Source of the DNA: a bacterium
GTDB lineage: Bacteria > Bacteroidota > Ignavibacteria > UBA10030
Direction of reading: 5' to 3'
Assembly (NCBI GenBank): GCA_043803945.1
Contig: JAZDJN010000032.1
Location: 1-64,000 of the forward strand
DNA length: 64,000 nucleotides
The notes below the pieces were generated by a model, which ran no database searches, was not told the DNA's origin, and worked only from the letters and a program-made list of their open reading frames with translations. The translations under genes and the position numbers were made by a program. This document shows, piece after piece, positions 51,615-62,110 of the stretch (positions are counted from its first letter, which is position 1; each line of letters starts with the position of its first letter).

Positions 51615-54600
51615 GTATTTCCATGAACAGACGCTTTGGATGCAAGAAAACACTTGTCCATCTCCTTTTTATCGTTGGATGTGTTGCGCCTGGATTTGGA
51701 CAGATCCGTACTCCGGTTCCAGAATCCCAGCGCGGACGCATCGACGCAGAACGATCGGGAATGCATGATGCAGCGAGTATACGTACTGTTTTCTATAACT
51801 TTGGCATGGTGGGCGATTATCCGCCCGATCCGGGTAATGTCGATCTGAGCGTATTCCACTCGGTGGAAGTGCCAAAGGGATTGGGTCTCAACTACAGCGA
51901 TGGCATTACGCCATTTGTCCTTGCAAAAGTGCGGCAGCGGAACGGGGTCAATGCTTATATCATGGAAACGGGATTTCGCGAGCGTCAACAGTGGAGTCCA
52001 TATACACGACGGGTGATGAGGTTTGAACCACGGCCGGGTTATATGCAAGCCGACCCCGCCAAGAACATCAAGCGATCGCTCGCATTAAGCAGTGATAAGC
52101 GCACCTGGCCTGATGAATGGATAGACAAACTCGAAGACGTTACCGATCCGGGATGGAGAGGATCGTGGAACGGCTATTTTGGAAAACGCCCTGCCGCCGA
52201 TCAAGAGAGCTTCTTCGTTATGGATGATAATTTTTATGATGCGTGGGACTTCTATCCCGATAGCAGAGATACAACGAGACGGGGTCTTGGTTTGCGCGTG
52301 GAGGTTCGAGGATTTCAATGGTCCAATCCACAGGCAGCCAATGTCATCTTCTGGCACTACGATATCACCAACGAATCCACAACAGACTACAATGATAACA
52401 TCATCTTCGGTCTCTACATGGATTCCGGTGTGGGGGGCTCGGCACTTTCATGCGATGGTGTGTATGAATCGGACGACGATAATGCATACTTTGACAAATC
52501 CCTCGGCCTTAATCTCGTTTATACCTGGGATAAGAATGGTCATGGTGTTGCGTTCAATTCCAACTGCGCAACGAGCGGTTTTCTTGGATATGCATATTTG
52601 GAGACACCCGGGAATTCGACCAATGCAATTGATGATGACGACGATGGGATTCTCAATGAGAAGCGCGATGGTGGACCGGGTCAATTAATAACCGGTCAGG
52701 CAGCGATCATGGCGTTTGTCGCTTCACACTATGACACTGCAAAGTTTCAAGCCGCCTATGGGAAAATTGAGGATCGACCAGCGTTTCGTGCAGGCAAATG
52801 GTGGACAGGTGATGAGGATATGGATTGGGTTGCCGATCTTCATGACACTGGTGTTGATGGGATTTTCAATAAGGATCATCCAGATGTCGGGGAGGGAGAT
52901 GGAATTCCAACTGCGGGTGAACCCAACTTCGATCAGACAGATCTCCATGAATCCGATCAAATTGGCCTGACGGGATTTAAGATGAATCGCATCGTTGCCG
53001 GTCAGGGTACTCCCAATCCGCAGGTGGATGACATTGTCTTTTTTGATGATGGTCATGCATGGCCGAAACAACAGTATGAAATGTGGACTGACCCTGTTCA
53101 AGAGAAACGATTTGATGCTGCACTGGTAAGCAACTATAACATTGGATTCTTTTTTGCCTCGGGGCCGTTCAGACTCCTTCAACAAAAACGTGAACGTTTC
53201 AGTCTGGCTCTAGCCTATGGCAACGACCTCGACGAGTTGAAGCGTACCGTCAAAGTTGTGCAGCAGATTTACAATGCAAATTATCAGTTTGCTGTTCCTC
53301 CACCGCTCCCGACCGTTCAGGCGGAAGCTGGCGATGGGTACGTCCGTCTCTCATGGGATGATGTTGCTGAACGTGGTATCGATCCCGTGACGGGTTTGAA
53401 TGACTTTGAAGGATATCGTGTCTATCGTTCCACTGATCCAACTTTTCTTGATCCGAAACTTATCTCCAATGCGAGGGGGACGGGTCCGCTACAGGGCAGT
53501 AATGGAAGACCCATCGTTCAATTTGATCTCAAGAATAGTTTCAGGGGATTTTCCTCGCTTGCCGTTGAGGGTGTCCTATACTATCTGGGTGATGAGACGG
53601 GTATTACGCATACCTGGATTGATACAACGGTGACTAACGGAATCCTCTACTACTATGCAGTGACAGCCTACGACCACGGCGCCGATACTCTTGATTTTCA
53701 CTTCTATCCTTCGGAGAATCCAATCAGCGTTACACAGGATGTTCGAGCAGGTATCGTCTTACCACCCAACGTCGCCCAGGTGCGACCGAATCAACGTGTG
53801 ATGGGCTATCAACCTGCCGGTGCGAATGAAGCTCTGCGTCGTTCAGGTACAGGTTCCGGTTCGGTGAAGTTAAAAGTCTTGACATCATCGCTTGTGCCGA
53901 ATAATCATACTCTCTTGATCAAGTTTAGAACGAATCATCCCGACAGTATCAGGGCAGACTACTACGAGATGATCGACAGCACGACCAATACACTGCTGAT
54001 CGGTCAAGGCACAGATCTGATGGGAGAAGGCATTGGTCAGGTTGGTGCCGGAATTCAACCGATCATTGCTACACCCTTAACGACTTCGGTCGATACCCTT
54101 GCGAGTCAGTTCTTACCATCTGGTAAAACAAATGTGAAATTGAAATTCACCTATCAGCCAGTTGTCTCTCCAAATCGGAGGAGGTCCGGTTATCCGGCAA
54201 ATTTGACAATAACCTTTTCCGATACACCGCTCGATACGACACTTCAGGGCATTGGAAGACCACGCAAACCGGTAAAATACAGCATTGTCGCAATCGATTC
54301 GAATAAATCGATTCCTTTAAAGAGTCAACTCTTCGATCGTGACAACGACAGCACGTTGAGTCGGCCCGGGGAGTATATCGATGTCGTCACTTACTTGCCG
54401 GAAGCACTCACATCGGCAAAGGTCACATGGCGCATTCAGATCGATACCACTCGCATGCCTTCCGGTAGTCAGATCATCATCCCTTGCACAGGAGATCAAT
54501 TTACCGCCGTTATCAATAAACCATTCGGTGAGGGAGATGTCTACGCATTCACGACAGTGGGTGAGAGTATTGATAAGGACAAAGCAAAGCAAGAGTTTAC

Positions 54601-54910
54601 CGGTGAGCCCTATGTTGTTCCGAATCCGTATGTCGGTTTTTCGAGCTTCGAGCCGGAGCGTTTTGCAGTATCGGGGCGCGGAGAGAGGCGTATTGAATTT
54701 CGGAATCTTTCCAAGCAATGTACAATTCGGATCTTTACCCTTCACGGCGATCTCGTCCAAACACTCTACCATGATGGATCAATGGCAGGTGTTGTCGCCT
54801 GGAACTTACGCACGAAAGACAATTTAGAGGTAGCACCCGGTCTCTATATCTTTCATGTGGAAGGAGGTGAGCTGGGGACGAAAATTGGGAAATTTGCTAT
54901 TATTAAATAG
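51611..54910 (+). CDS. Large exported protein with Asp-rich motifs, FN3-like domain and variant C-terminal sorting domain
   Basis: GTGA overlap with the receptor stop; signal peptide; DDDDDG and GEGDGIPT.GEPNFD; VRLSWD..FEGYRVYRS..YYYAVTAYD; VVPNPY..IEF.NL..CTIRIFT..GDLV..WNL....VAPGLYIFHV..GKFAIIK. Confidence 0.8.
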   Translation: MSISMNRRFGCKKTLVHLLFIVGCVAPGFGQIRTPVPESQRGRIDAERSGMHDAASIRTVFYNFGMVGDYPPDPGNVDLSVFHSVEVPKGLGLNYSDGITPFVLAKVRQRNGVNAYIMETGFRERQQWSPYTRRVMRFEPRPGYMQADPAKNIKRSLALSSDKRTWPDEWIDKLEDVTDPGWRGSWNGYFGKRPAADQESFFVMDDNFYDAWDFYPDSRDTTRRGLGLRVEVRGFQWSNPQAANVIFWHYDITNESTTDYNDNIIFGLYMDSGVGGSALSCDGVYESDDDNAYFDKSLGLNLVYTWDKNGHGVAFNSNCATSGFLGYAYLETPGNSTNAIDDDDDGILNEKRDGGPGQLITGQAAIMAFVASHYDTAKFQAAYGKIEDRPAFRAGKWWTGDEDMDWVADLHDTGVDGIFNKDHPDVGEGDGIPTAGEPNFDQTDLHESDQIGLTGFKMNRIVAGQGTPNPQVDDIVFFDDGHAWPKQQYEMWTDPVQEKRFDAALVSNYNIGFFFASGPFRLLQQKRERFSLALAYGNDLDELKRTVKVVQQIYNANYQFAVPPPLPTVQAEAGDGYVRLSWDDVAERGIDPVTGLNDFEGYRVYRSTDPTFLDPKLISNARGTGPLQGSNGRPIVQFDLKNSFRGFSSLAVEGVLYYLGDETGITHTWIDTTVTNGILYYYAVTAYDHGADTLDFHFYPSENPISVTQDVRAGIVLPPNVAQVRPNQRVMGYQPAGANEALRRSGTGSGSVKLKVLTSSLVPNNHTLLIKFRTNHPDSIRADYYEMIDSTTNTLLIGQGTDLMGEGIGQVGAGIQPIIATPLTTSVDTLASQFLPSGKTNVKLKFTYQPVVSPNRRRSGYPANLTITFSDTPLDTTLQGIGRPRKPVKYSIVAIDSNKSIPLKSQLFDRDNDSTLSRPGEYIDVVTYLPEALTSAKVTWRIQIDTTRMPSGSQIIIPCTGDQFTAVINKPFGEGDVYAFTTVGESIDKDKAKQEFTGEPYVVPNPYVGFSSFEPERFAVSGRGERRIEFRNLSKQCTIRIFTLHGDLVQTLYHDGSMAGVVAWNLRTKDNLEVAPGLYIFHVEGGELGTKIGKFAIIK

Positions 54911-54976
54911 TGGATGAAGAGTGTGCTGGATCATCCTCAACGACGGAAAGGGCCAGTGGATATCAGACGAGAGCAT

Positions 54977-56002
54977 ATGAATAAAACATTTTTCTATCGC
55001 TGTACAGTGTACCTGACTTTCTGTTGCAGCCTCGTTGTGATTGCATTGCAGAGTCAGACTAAGACAGGAACAACTGTCGGACAATTCCTGCTCATAGAAC
55101 CGAGTGCCCGCATCGCTGCGATGGGAAATGCCGGCGCCGGGGCCTTGAACGAAGTGCAGGCAGGATATTATAATCCAGCGGTATGGGGAACGCTTGAGCG
55201 ATCAGGTGTTCAATTCACTCATAGTCTCTGGCTAGCCGATATTACTTATAACTATGCAAGTGTCGGCGTTAAGACAGGCTCACAGGGAGCGGTTGCGGTG
55301 ACCTTTACATCACTGAGTTCAGGTGAAATCGATGTAAGAACTGTTGAACAACCGCTTGGCACGGGCGAACGATATTCGGTCACCAATATAGCGTTGGGAT
55401 TAGGGTATGGCTACCGTTTGAGCGATCGATTCTCCGCAGGTATTACACTGAACTATATTCAGGAAACAATCTGGCATAGCTCGCTTGTTGCAGTTGGCCT
55501 GAACTTCGGAACGCTCTTTCGTGTGACAAGCGATGACCTTTACCTTGGGGCAAGTCTTTCGAACTTCGGAACGCGGGCCAGATACAGTGGGACGGATTTG
55601 CGAATCCGGTTTGATGGCAATCCATCAACATACGGAGATAACAGTAATCTGCCCGGTGAAGTTTATACAGAAGAATACCCTTTACCGATCCTCTTTCGGG
55701 TTGGGCTTAGTTATCCTCTTAGGATCGATTCGAAAAATCATCTGTATGTTGCGATCGATGCACTTCATCCGAGCGATAACACGGAGAGCATAAACGTCGG
55801 TCTCGAATGGACGTTTATGGAGATTGTTTCGTTGCGTGGAGGATACCAACAACTTTTCCAAAGGGATTCAGAGATAGGGCTCACCCTGGGAATGGGCCTT
55901 CACTATGAGTTCTTTAGTGTTCCGCTACACCTCGACTACGCCTGGGCAAACTATAAACAGCTTAAAGAGACACAGCGCATCACATTTGGCTTACAATTCT
56001 AG
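54977..56002 (+). CDS. PorV/PorQ-family outer membrane beta-barrel
   Basis: GTT.GQFL.I.PSAR..AMG.A, YYNPA, H..WLADI, LP..FRVG, G.EW......LRGGY, DYA, terminal F. Confidence 0.85.
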   Translation: MNKTFFYRCTVYLTFCCSLVVIALQSQTKTGTTVGQFLLIEPSARIAAMGNAGAGALNEVQAGYYNPAVWGTLERSGVQFTHSLWLADITYNYASVGVKTGSQGAVAVTFTSLSSGEIDVRTVEQPLGTGERYSVTNIALGLGYGYRLSDRFSAGITLNYIQETIWHSSLVAVGLNFGTLFRVTSDDLYLGASLSNFGTRARYSGTDLRIRFDGNPSTYGDNSNLPGEVYTEEYPLPILFRVGLSYPLRIDSKNHLYVAIDALHPSDNTESINVGLEWTFMEIVSLRGGYQQLFQRDSEIGLTLGMGLHYEFFSVPLHLDYAWANYKQLKETQRITFGLQF

Positions 56003-56063
56003 AATTCCTTAGATTGTTGGAAGGAAAGCGTATTGTTCTCTATTTCTAGAGAGGAAAGCAAGA

Positions 56064-58457
56064 TTGTTTAAGACGAAGTATGGCTATTTTTCTTCGAACG
56101 GAAAAGAATTCATCATCACAAATCCCCAGACACCTCGCCCCTGGGTGAATGTCATCAGCAATGGTGACATGGGCTTCATTCTTTCTCAAGCAGGTGGTGG
56201 ATACAGTTGGCGAACGAATGCACAGATTAATCGGCTGACACGCTGGGAGCAAGACATTGTTAAAGATGAATGGGGAAAATTCCTTTATATCCGTGATGCA
56301 CAAATCGGAAAACTATGGTCTGCAGCGTGGAAGCCATGCTGTGTAACTCCCGACTTCTATGAAGTCCACTATGGTGCGGGATATGCCACTATCCTCTCAC
56401 GGCTAAATGGAATCCAGACGGCATGGACAATGTTCGTTGCTCCTGATGAACCGATTGAGCTATGGAAATTAATCGTTACAAATACTTCAAAAAAAAATCG
56501 GACGTTACAGCTCTTCACGTTCTTCGAATGGTGTCTCGGTGCTGCACCGGATTGGCATCGAGAGTTCCATAAATGTTTTATCGAGACGCAGTATGACTCT
56601 TCCATGAATGCCATTCTTGCCACTAAGCGATTATGGGAAGTTCCTTCTGGACAGGGACACTGGAACGTGGCGTGGCCTTATATTGCATTTCATTCTGTCA
56701 ATATCAAACCCGCGGCGTTTGATTGCAGTAAGGAAAATGTCTTGGGCCCTTACGGCACACCGAGTCGACCACTCGGGATCACATCGGGTCGTTTGAAGAA
56801 AGCGTCGGGAAATTATCACGATCCAGTCGCATCCCTGCACGTTAATGTCGCCTTGGCACCCGGGCAAAGTAAGACACTCATTTTTACACTCGGTGCATCG
56901 GCCAATAGGGATGAAGTCAGGGCTCTCACAAAAAAGTATCGTTCTATTCCAAACGTGGATGCTGCACTTGAGAAGGTTCAGCAACGATGGAATACGTTGC
57001 TCTCAGCCTCACAGGTGAAGACACCCGATGCGTCGATGAATATACTACTGAACCACTGGCTTAAATATCAAGCTATTGCCGGCCGCCTTTGGGGGAGGAC
57101 TGGCTACTATCAAGCGGGAGGTGCCTATGGGTACCGGGACCAACTGCAGGATAGCCAGATCTTTCTTTCCGTTCAGCCGGAGAGGACGAAGGAACAAATC
57201 CTCCTACATGCACGTCATCAATTCAAAGACGGCACCGTCTACCATTGGTGGCATCCTCTTTCCGAGGTTGGATACTCCACGGCGATGACAGACGATCTCC
57301 TCTGGCTTCCCTTCCTTGTTAATTCTTATTGGGAAGAAACAGGGGATTCATCAATCCTCGATTGTAAAGAGCCGTTTGTTGATGACCACGAACCATCCTC
57401 GCTCTACGATCATTGCTTTCGCGCTATTGAAAAAACACTTTGCCGGGTCAGCCCTCGAGGGCTTCCGCTCATTGGCGCCGGCGATTGGAACGATGGCTTG
57501 AGTGCCGTTGGCCTGAAATGGAAAGGGGAATCAATATGGCTTGGCGAATTCCTCTATTACATCCTCAAGAGATTCGTGAGAATTACAGCGATTTATGGAG
57601 ATGCTGCACGGTCGGAACAATATCTCCGGGAAGCGGAAAAACTCATCTATGCGATTAATCAATATGGATGGGATGGCCACTGGTATTTCTATGGAACAAA
57701 AGACTCGGGAGAGAAGATTGGATCGCAAGAAAATAAGGAAGGCCGCATCCATCTTAATCCTCAAACGTGGGCAATCCTTGCCGATATTGCAGACGGACCA
57801 CGGGCGTCGGAAGTCCTTGATGTAATCTTTAAGAATTTAGAAAGTGAAGCTGGCCCTATTCTGCTCTCGCCAGCGTATCATACGCCGGATGAATACATTG
57901 GATATCTGACACGGTATGCACCAGGTACACGAGAGAATGGAGCCACCTACACTCATGCCGCAACATGGGCAATTATTGCCGCTGCGAAACTTGGAGAGGC
58001 TGAAGCCGCATATCGATTGTTTTCAAAAATTAATCCAATCGTGCGCGGGAGTAAACCCGATCACTATTGCGTTGAACCTTATGTATCCCCAGGAAATATT
58101 GATGGTCCCGATTCTGAATTCTATGGTCGCGGAGGATGGACCTGGTACACTGGTTCGGCTGCTTGGCTTTGGAAATCGGGTATGGAATGGATCTTAGGAG
58201 TTCGTGCCACTCCTGAAGGACTGCTCATTAAACCATGCATTCCAGCACAATGGAAAGAATATTCAGTGAAACGGATATTCCGTGGCGCAACGTATCGCAT
58301 TGCTGTCTCAAATCCTAATCGTGTCAATCGAGGTATTGTTACTGTCCTTGCTGATGGTCAACCATTGGAAGGATTTCAGCCTGCAGATGAAGTTGTACTC
58401 CCACTCTATCCGCCCAGTTCAAATCATGAAATCACGGTAGTCCTTGGTAAAGAATAG
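56064..58457 (+). CDS. GH94 glycoside phosphorylase (NdvB/Cgs phosphorylase-like)
   Basis: TPRPWVNVISN, YQAGGAYGYRDQLQD, DDLLWL, GDWNDG, RENGATYTHAA, GRGGWTWYTGSAAW; TTG start with GAGAGGA SD; no signal peptide. Confidence 0.92.
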   Translation: MFKTKYGYFSSNGKEFIITNPQTPRPWVNVISNGDMGFILSQAGGGYSWRTNAQINRLTRWEQDIVKDEWGKFLYIRDAQIGKLWSAAWKPCCVTPDFYEVHYGAGYATILSRLNGIQTAWTMFVAPDEPIELWKLIVTNTSKKNRTLQLFTFFEWCLGAAPDWHREFHKCFIETQYDSSMNAILATKRLWEVPSGQGHWNVAWPYIAFHSVNIKPAAFDCSKENVLGPYGTPSRPLGITSGRLKKASGNYHDPVASLHVNVALAPGQSKTLIFTLGASANRDEVRALTKKYRSIPNVDAALEKVQQRWNTLLSASQVKTPDASMNILLNHWLKYQAIAGRLWGRTGYYQAGGAYGYRDQLQDSQIFLSVQPERTKEQILLHARHQFKDGTVYHWWHPLSEVGYSTAMTDDLLWLPFLVNSYWEETGDSSILDCKEPFVDDHEPSSLYDHCFRAIEKTLCRVSPRGLPLIGAGDWNDGLSAVGLKWKGESIWLGEFLYYILKRFVRITAIYGDAARSEQYLREAEKLIYAINQYGWDGHWYFYGTKDSGEKIGSQENKEGRIHLNPQTWAILADIADGPRASEVLDVIFKNLESEAGPILLSPAYHTPDEYIGYLTRYAPGTRENGATYTHAATWAIIAAAKLGEAEAAYRLFSKINPIVRGSKPDHYCVEPYVSPGNIDGPDSEFYGRGGWTWYTGSAAWLWKSGMEWILGVRATPEGLLIKPCIPAQWKEYSVKRIFRGATYRIAVSNPNRVNRGIVTVLADGQPLEGFQPADEVVLPLYPPSSNHEITVVLGKE

Positions 58458-58458
58458 C

Positions 58459-60690
58459 ATGAAAGGAAGACGAAATTCTTTGCTACCAATAAGCTCAACA
58501 CTACAATACCTTCCAGAGCGACGCTCGAAGCGTCGCGTCATTGCTCAATGGTTCATTCTCGTCTTACTGCTTATGAATTTCCCAAGCATTGTATTTGCTC
58601 AGGGAATGACATTTTCCATTATTTTTGATGATGACCCGGGTTCAACTGTCTATCGTGATGCCTCGTGGGGATACGCTAATGGAGGAGATTATCTGCGTCT
58701 TGCAGGTGCGGGCGATAAATTACCACTTGAAACCTCACAGCACTATAGTGGAACAATGTGCGGTGTTCTTGACTATCGTCATGCAACGAATGGAATGTGG
58801 GAAATGTTCATCGCAAGCAACTCGTGGCAATCTCGAGATTTCTCGAGCTATGATAGCCTCGTCTTTTATGTGAATGCTCCTTCGGCAATTCCCGATAATG
58901 AACTCCCTCGTCTAGGTCTTGAAGCCTCGAATAGCGCAAAGAGCGCAATCATCACACTTTCACAATACCTGAGATTGGATGGTTCCACGGTGACATGGCA
59001 GCGTGTCAGTATTCCCTTCAACGCCTTTGAGCCGTTCGGAAGCTTCTCCCTCTCAGCGTTCAAGGCCATACGATTCCTCGCTGGTGGAGAGACCTCTGCA
59101 GAACGAACTCTCTGGATTGATTACATCGGCGCTGTTAAGAAGGGAGCTGTTCTGCCACTCCCGACACTTTCGGATCAGCAACTGCTTGACTCTCTTCAAT
59201 ATAAGGCATTTCTCTTTTTCTGGAATGAAGCCAATCCATCCAACGGGTTGATTCGAGATCGTAACACGATCACATCATCGGCCAGTATTGCTGCCGTTGG
59301 ATTTGGATTGACTGCTATTGCCGTTGCCATTGACCATGGATGGATCACGCGTGACGCCGGACGAGATCGAGTCCTGACAACGCTGAGAACGTTTTGGGAA
59401 AAACCGCAGGGGAGTACTCCGAGCGGAACGATCGGCTACAAAGGATGGTTCTACCATTTCCTTGATATGAATACTGCAACTCGATTATATTCTCCTTCAT
59501 GGAAGAGTGAACTCTCATCCATTGACACCGGGCTGTTACTCGCAGGGATTTTATTTTCCCGGGAATATTTTACTGGAAGCGACAGCATTGAAGTCCGCAT
59601 CAGATCATTAGCAGATTCAATATCCAATCGGATTGACTGGCAATGGATGATGGACGGCGGTTCATCGCTGACACATGGATATACTCCTGAAAACAATATG
59701 CTCCCTTACCGCTGGATTGGGTACAGCGAAGCGATGATTCTCTATATTCTTGGAATGGGATCGACCAAAAATCCGGTACCACCGTCTGCATGGAATGCCT
59801 GGACCAGTGGGTATTCCTGGCTAACTCATTATGGATATTCGCATGTGAATTTTCCCCCGCTGTTCGGTCATCAATATTCACATTGTTGGATCGACTTTCG
59901 CTCGATTGCAGATGGTTACATGCGAGAGAAAAAAATAACATACTTTGAAAACTCCCGCCGTGCAACATTAGCCAATCGTGCTTACTGCATAGCGAATCCT
60001 TCAGGATTCCAAGGTTATGGAGCGACAATCTGGGGACTTACAGCGTGCGATGGACCAACGGGATATAATGCCCGAGGTGCACCTCCAGCGCAAAACGATG
60101 ATGGAACCATTGCTCCGACTGCAGCGGCAAGTTCAATGCCGTTCGTACCGAACGAGTCGATCACAGCCATGCAGGCAATGTATACACTCTATGGTCCACA
60201 ATTGTGGGGGAGATATGGTTTTGGTGATGCTTTCAATCCGACGAAGAACTGGTTCGGATCGGAGGTGATCGGCATCGATCAGGGTCCGATTATTATCATG
60301 ATCGAAAATTATCGGACAGGTAAAGTTTGGCAAACATTTATGAAAAATCCTCAAGTGAAGTTGGGATTATCCTCAGCAGGATTTCAACCACTACCAACTG
60401 CTATTAATGAACACACGCGGATCCCACAGACAACGATGCTTCATCAGAATTTTCCAAATCCATTTAATCCTTCAACTACCATTCGTTATACCCTTAACGA
60501 TCCGGGTCAGGTGACACTCTCAATTTTTAATGTGATGGGTCAACTCGTGGGGCGGATGACGCACGAGCATTATACGGCAGGAGAATATCAATTCCAGTGG
60601 GAGGCAATGAACAACCCAAGCGGTATCTATTGTTATCAATTGCAGCATGGTGTGACGTCTCTGACAAAACGTATGATACTTCTTAAATGA
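58459..60690 (+). CDS. GH144 beta-1,2-glucanase with N-terminal CBM-like domain and T9SS-type tail
   Basis: SIAAVGFGL, GWFYHF, ELSSIDT, PLFGHQYSH.WIDFR, WGLTACDGP, DDGTIAPTAA, GIDQGP...IENYR; QNFPNPFNPST tail. Start uncertain. Confidence 0.9.
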   Translation: MKGRRNSLLPISSTLQYLPERRSKRRVIAQWFILVLLLMNFPSIVFAQGMTFSIIFDDDPGSTVYRDASWGYANGGDYLRLAGAGDKLPLETSQHYSGTMCGVLDYRHATNGMWEMFIASNSWQSRDFSSYDSLVFYVNAPSAIPDNELPRLGLEASNSAKSAIITLSQYLRLDGSTVTWQRVSIPFNAFEPFGSFSLSAFKAIRFLAGGETSAERTLWIDYIGAVKKGAVLPLPTLSDQQLLDSLQYKAFLFFWNEANPSNGLIRDRNTITSSASIAAVGFGLTAIAVAIDHGWITRDAGRDRVLTTLRTFWEKPQGSTPSGTIGYKGWFYHFLDMNTATRLYSPSWKSELSSIDTGLLLAGILFSREYFTGSDSIEVRIRSLADSISNRIDWQWMMDGGSSLTHGYTPENNMLPYRWIGYSEAMILYILGMGSTKNPVPPSAWNAWTSGYSWLTHYGYSHVNFPPLFGHQYSHCWIDFRSIADGYMREKKITYFENSRRATLANRAYCIANPSGFQGYGATIWGLTACDGPTGYNARGAPPAQNDDGTIAPTAAASSMPFVPNESITAMQAMYTLYGPQLWGRYGFGDAFNPTKNWFGSEVIGIDQGPIIIMIENYRTGKVWQTFMKNPQVKLGLSSAGFQPLPTAINEHTRIPQTTMLHQNFPNPFNPSTTIRYTLNDPGQVTLSIFNVMGQLVGRMTHEHYTAGEYQFQWEAMNNPSGIYCYQLQHGVTSLTKRMILLK

Positions 60691-62099
60691 GAACAGGGAA
60701 ACAATCGATGACCGGTAAAAGATTTTTCCTAGTATCATTCGTTGTCCTCTCTCTTCTGTGTTCTCTGAGTGTTGCTCAGCAAAAAACGAATTCTCTGAAG
60801 ACAGACCCTTTCCTCAATGAACTGCACTATCGTACATTTCGGTGGTTTTGGGATGTCACCGATCCATCCACCGGATTGGTACCTGATCGCTGGCCGACAC
60901 TCACGTTTTCGAGTGTGGCTGCAATAGGATTCGGATTGACAGCCTATGGTGTTGGTGCCGAGCATGCATACATTCCACGGGATTCGGCTGCAATGCGTGT
61001 GCTCGCTACTTTAGAATTTCTGTATAAACTGCCGCAACATGCAAAGGCCGATGCCATTGGCGGGTATCAGGGCTTCTTTTACCATTTCCTAAAGCTCGAT
61101 TCTGGACATCGACTGGATGCTCGCGATGAGCTCTCCACAATCGATACGGCATTGTTGATTGCCGGAGCGTTGTTCTGTCAGTCTTATTTTGATCGTCCAA
61201 ATAAAGCGGAACGAAGAATCCGCGCGCTAGCAGATTCACTCTACCGCCGGGTGAATTGGAAATGGTTCCAGGTGAAGGGATCGTTGCTTTCCATGTCCTG
61301 GACACCGGAAGGAGGATATAATCCCACACGCTGGATGGGCTACAGTGAGGGGATGATTCTCTATATTCTTGGATTAGGATCTCCAACCTATCCATTGCAT
61401 CCAGATGCTTGGAAGGAGTGGACAAGATCGTATGTCTGGTCTTCGTATTACGGACCTCCCTTTGTGAGTTTTGGACCGCTCTTTGGGCATCAATATTCAC
61501 ATTTGTGGATTGATTTTCGTGGGATTCAGGATGATTACATGAAACACAAGGGAATTGATTATTTTGAAAACTCGCGCTGTGCAACGTACTCTCAACGAGC
61601 TTACGCGACTGAAAATCCGAAACACTACAGCGATTATTCGGCAAGGATCTGGGGATTATCAGCTTGCGATGGACCCGCCTCTACAACGATGGTTATCGAT
61701 GGTGTTAAGAGAACATTTGTAGGTTATGCAGCAAGAGGATGTTCCGTCGATTGGACGAACGATGATGGAACGATTGCACCGACGGCTGCAGGTGGATCGG
61801 TGATGATTGCACCGGAAATCTGTATTCCTGCATTACAAGCGATGAAGGAACAGTACGGTGCTAACCTCTATACAACTTACGGATTTCTCGATTCCTTCAA
61901 TCCTTCATTCCGAACACCTGACCATCCGGATGGATGGTTCAATAAAGACTATCTGGGAATCGACCAGGGGCCAATCTTGCTCTCGATTGAGAATCTGAGA
62001 ACTGAACTAATTTGGAAGCAGATGAAAAAAAATCCGTACATCATCCGGGGATTGAAGCGAGCGGGGTTCTCAGGAGGGTGGTTGGACAAGAAGAACTAG
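60687..62099 (+). CDS. Second GH144 beta-1,2-glucanase (signal peptide, no tail)
   Basis: Same motifs (ELSTIDT, PLFGHQYSH, WGLSACDGP, DDGTIAPTAA, GIDQGP); ATGA overlap with the previous gene. Confidence 0.92.
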   Translation: MRTGKQSMTGKRFFLVSFVVLSLLCSLSVAQQKTNSLKTDPFLNELHYRTFRWFWDVTDPSTGLVPDRWPTLTFSSVAAIGFGLTAYGVGAEHAYIPRDSAAMRVLATLEFLYKLPQHAKADAIGGYQGFFYHFLKLDSGHRLDARDELSTIDTALLIAGALFCQSYFDRPNKAERRIRALADSLYRRVNWKWFQVKGSLLSMSWTPEGGYNPTRWMGYSEGMILYILGLGSPTYPLHPDAWKEWTRSYVWSSYYGPPFVSFGPLFGHQYSHLWIDFRGIQDDYMKHKGIDYFENSRCATYSQRAYATENPKHYSDYSARIWGLSACDGPASTTMVIDGVKRTFVGYAARGCSVDWTNDDGTIAPTAAGGSVMIAPEICIPALQAMKEQYGANLYTTYGFLDSFNPSFRTPDHPDGWFNKDYLGIDQGPILLSIENLRTELIWKQMKKNPYIIRGLKRAGFSGGWLDKKN

Positions 62100-62110
62100 A
62101 GTATTCAATC

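Noticed and set aside
58459-62099. Starch-active glucoamylase label
   Set aside because: Motifs match the family now classed as GH144, and the neighbouring NdvB-like GH94 supports beta-1,2-glucan.
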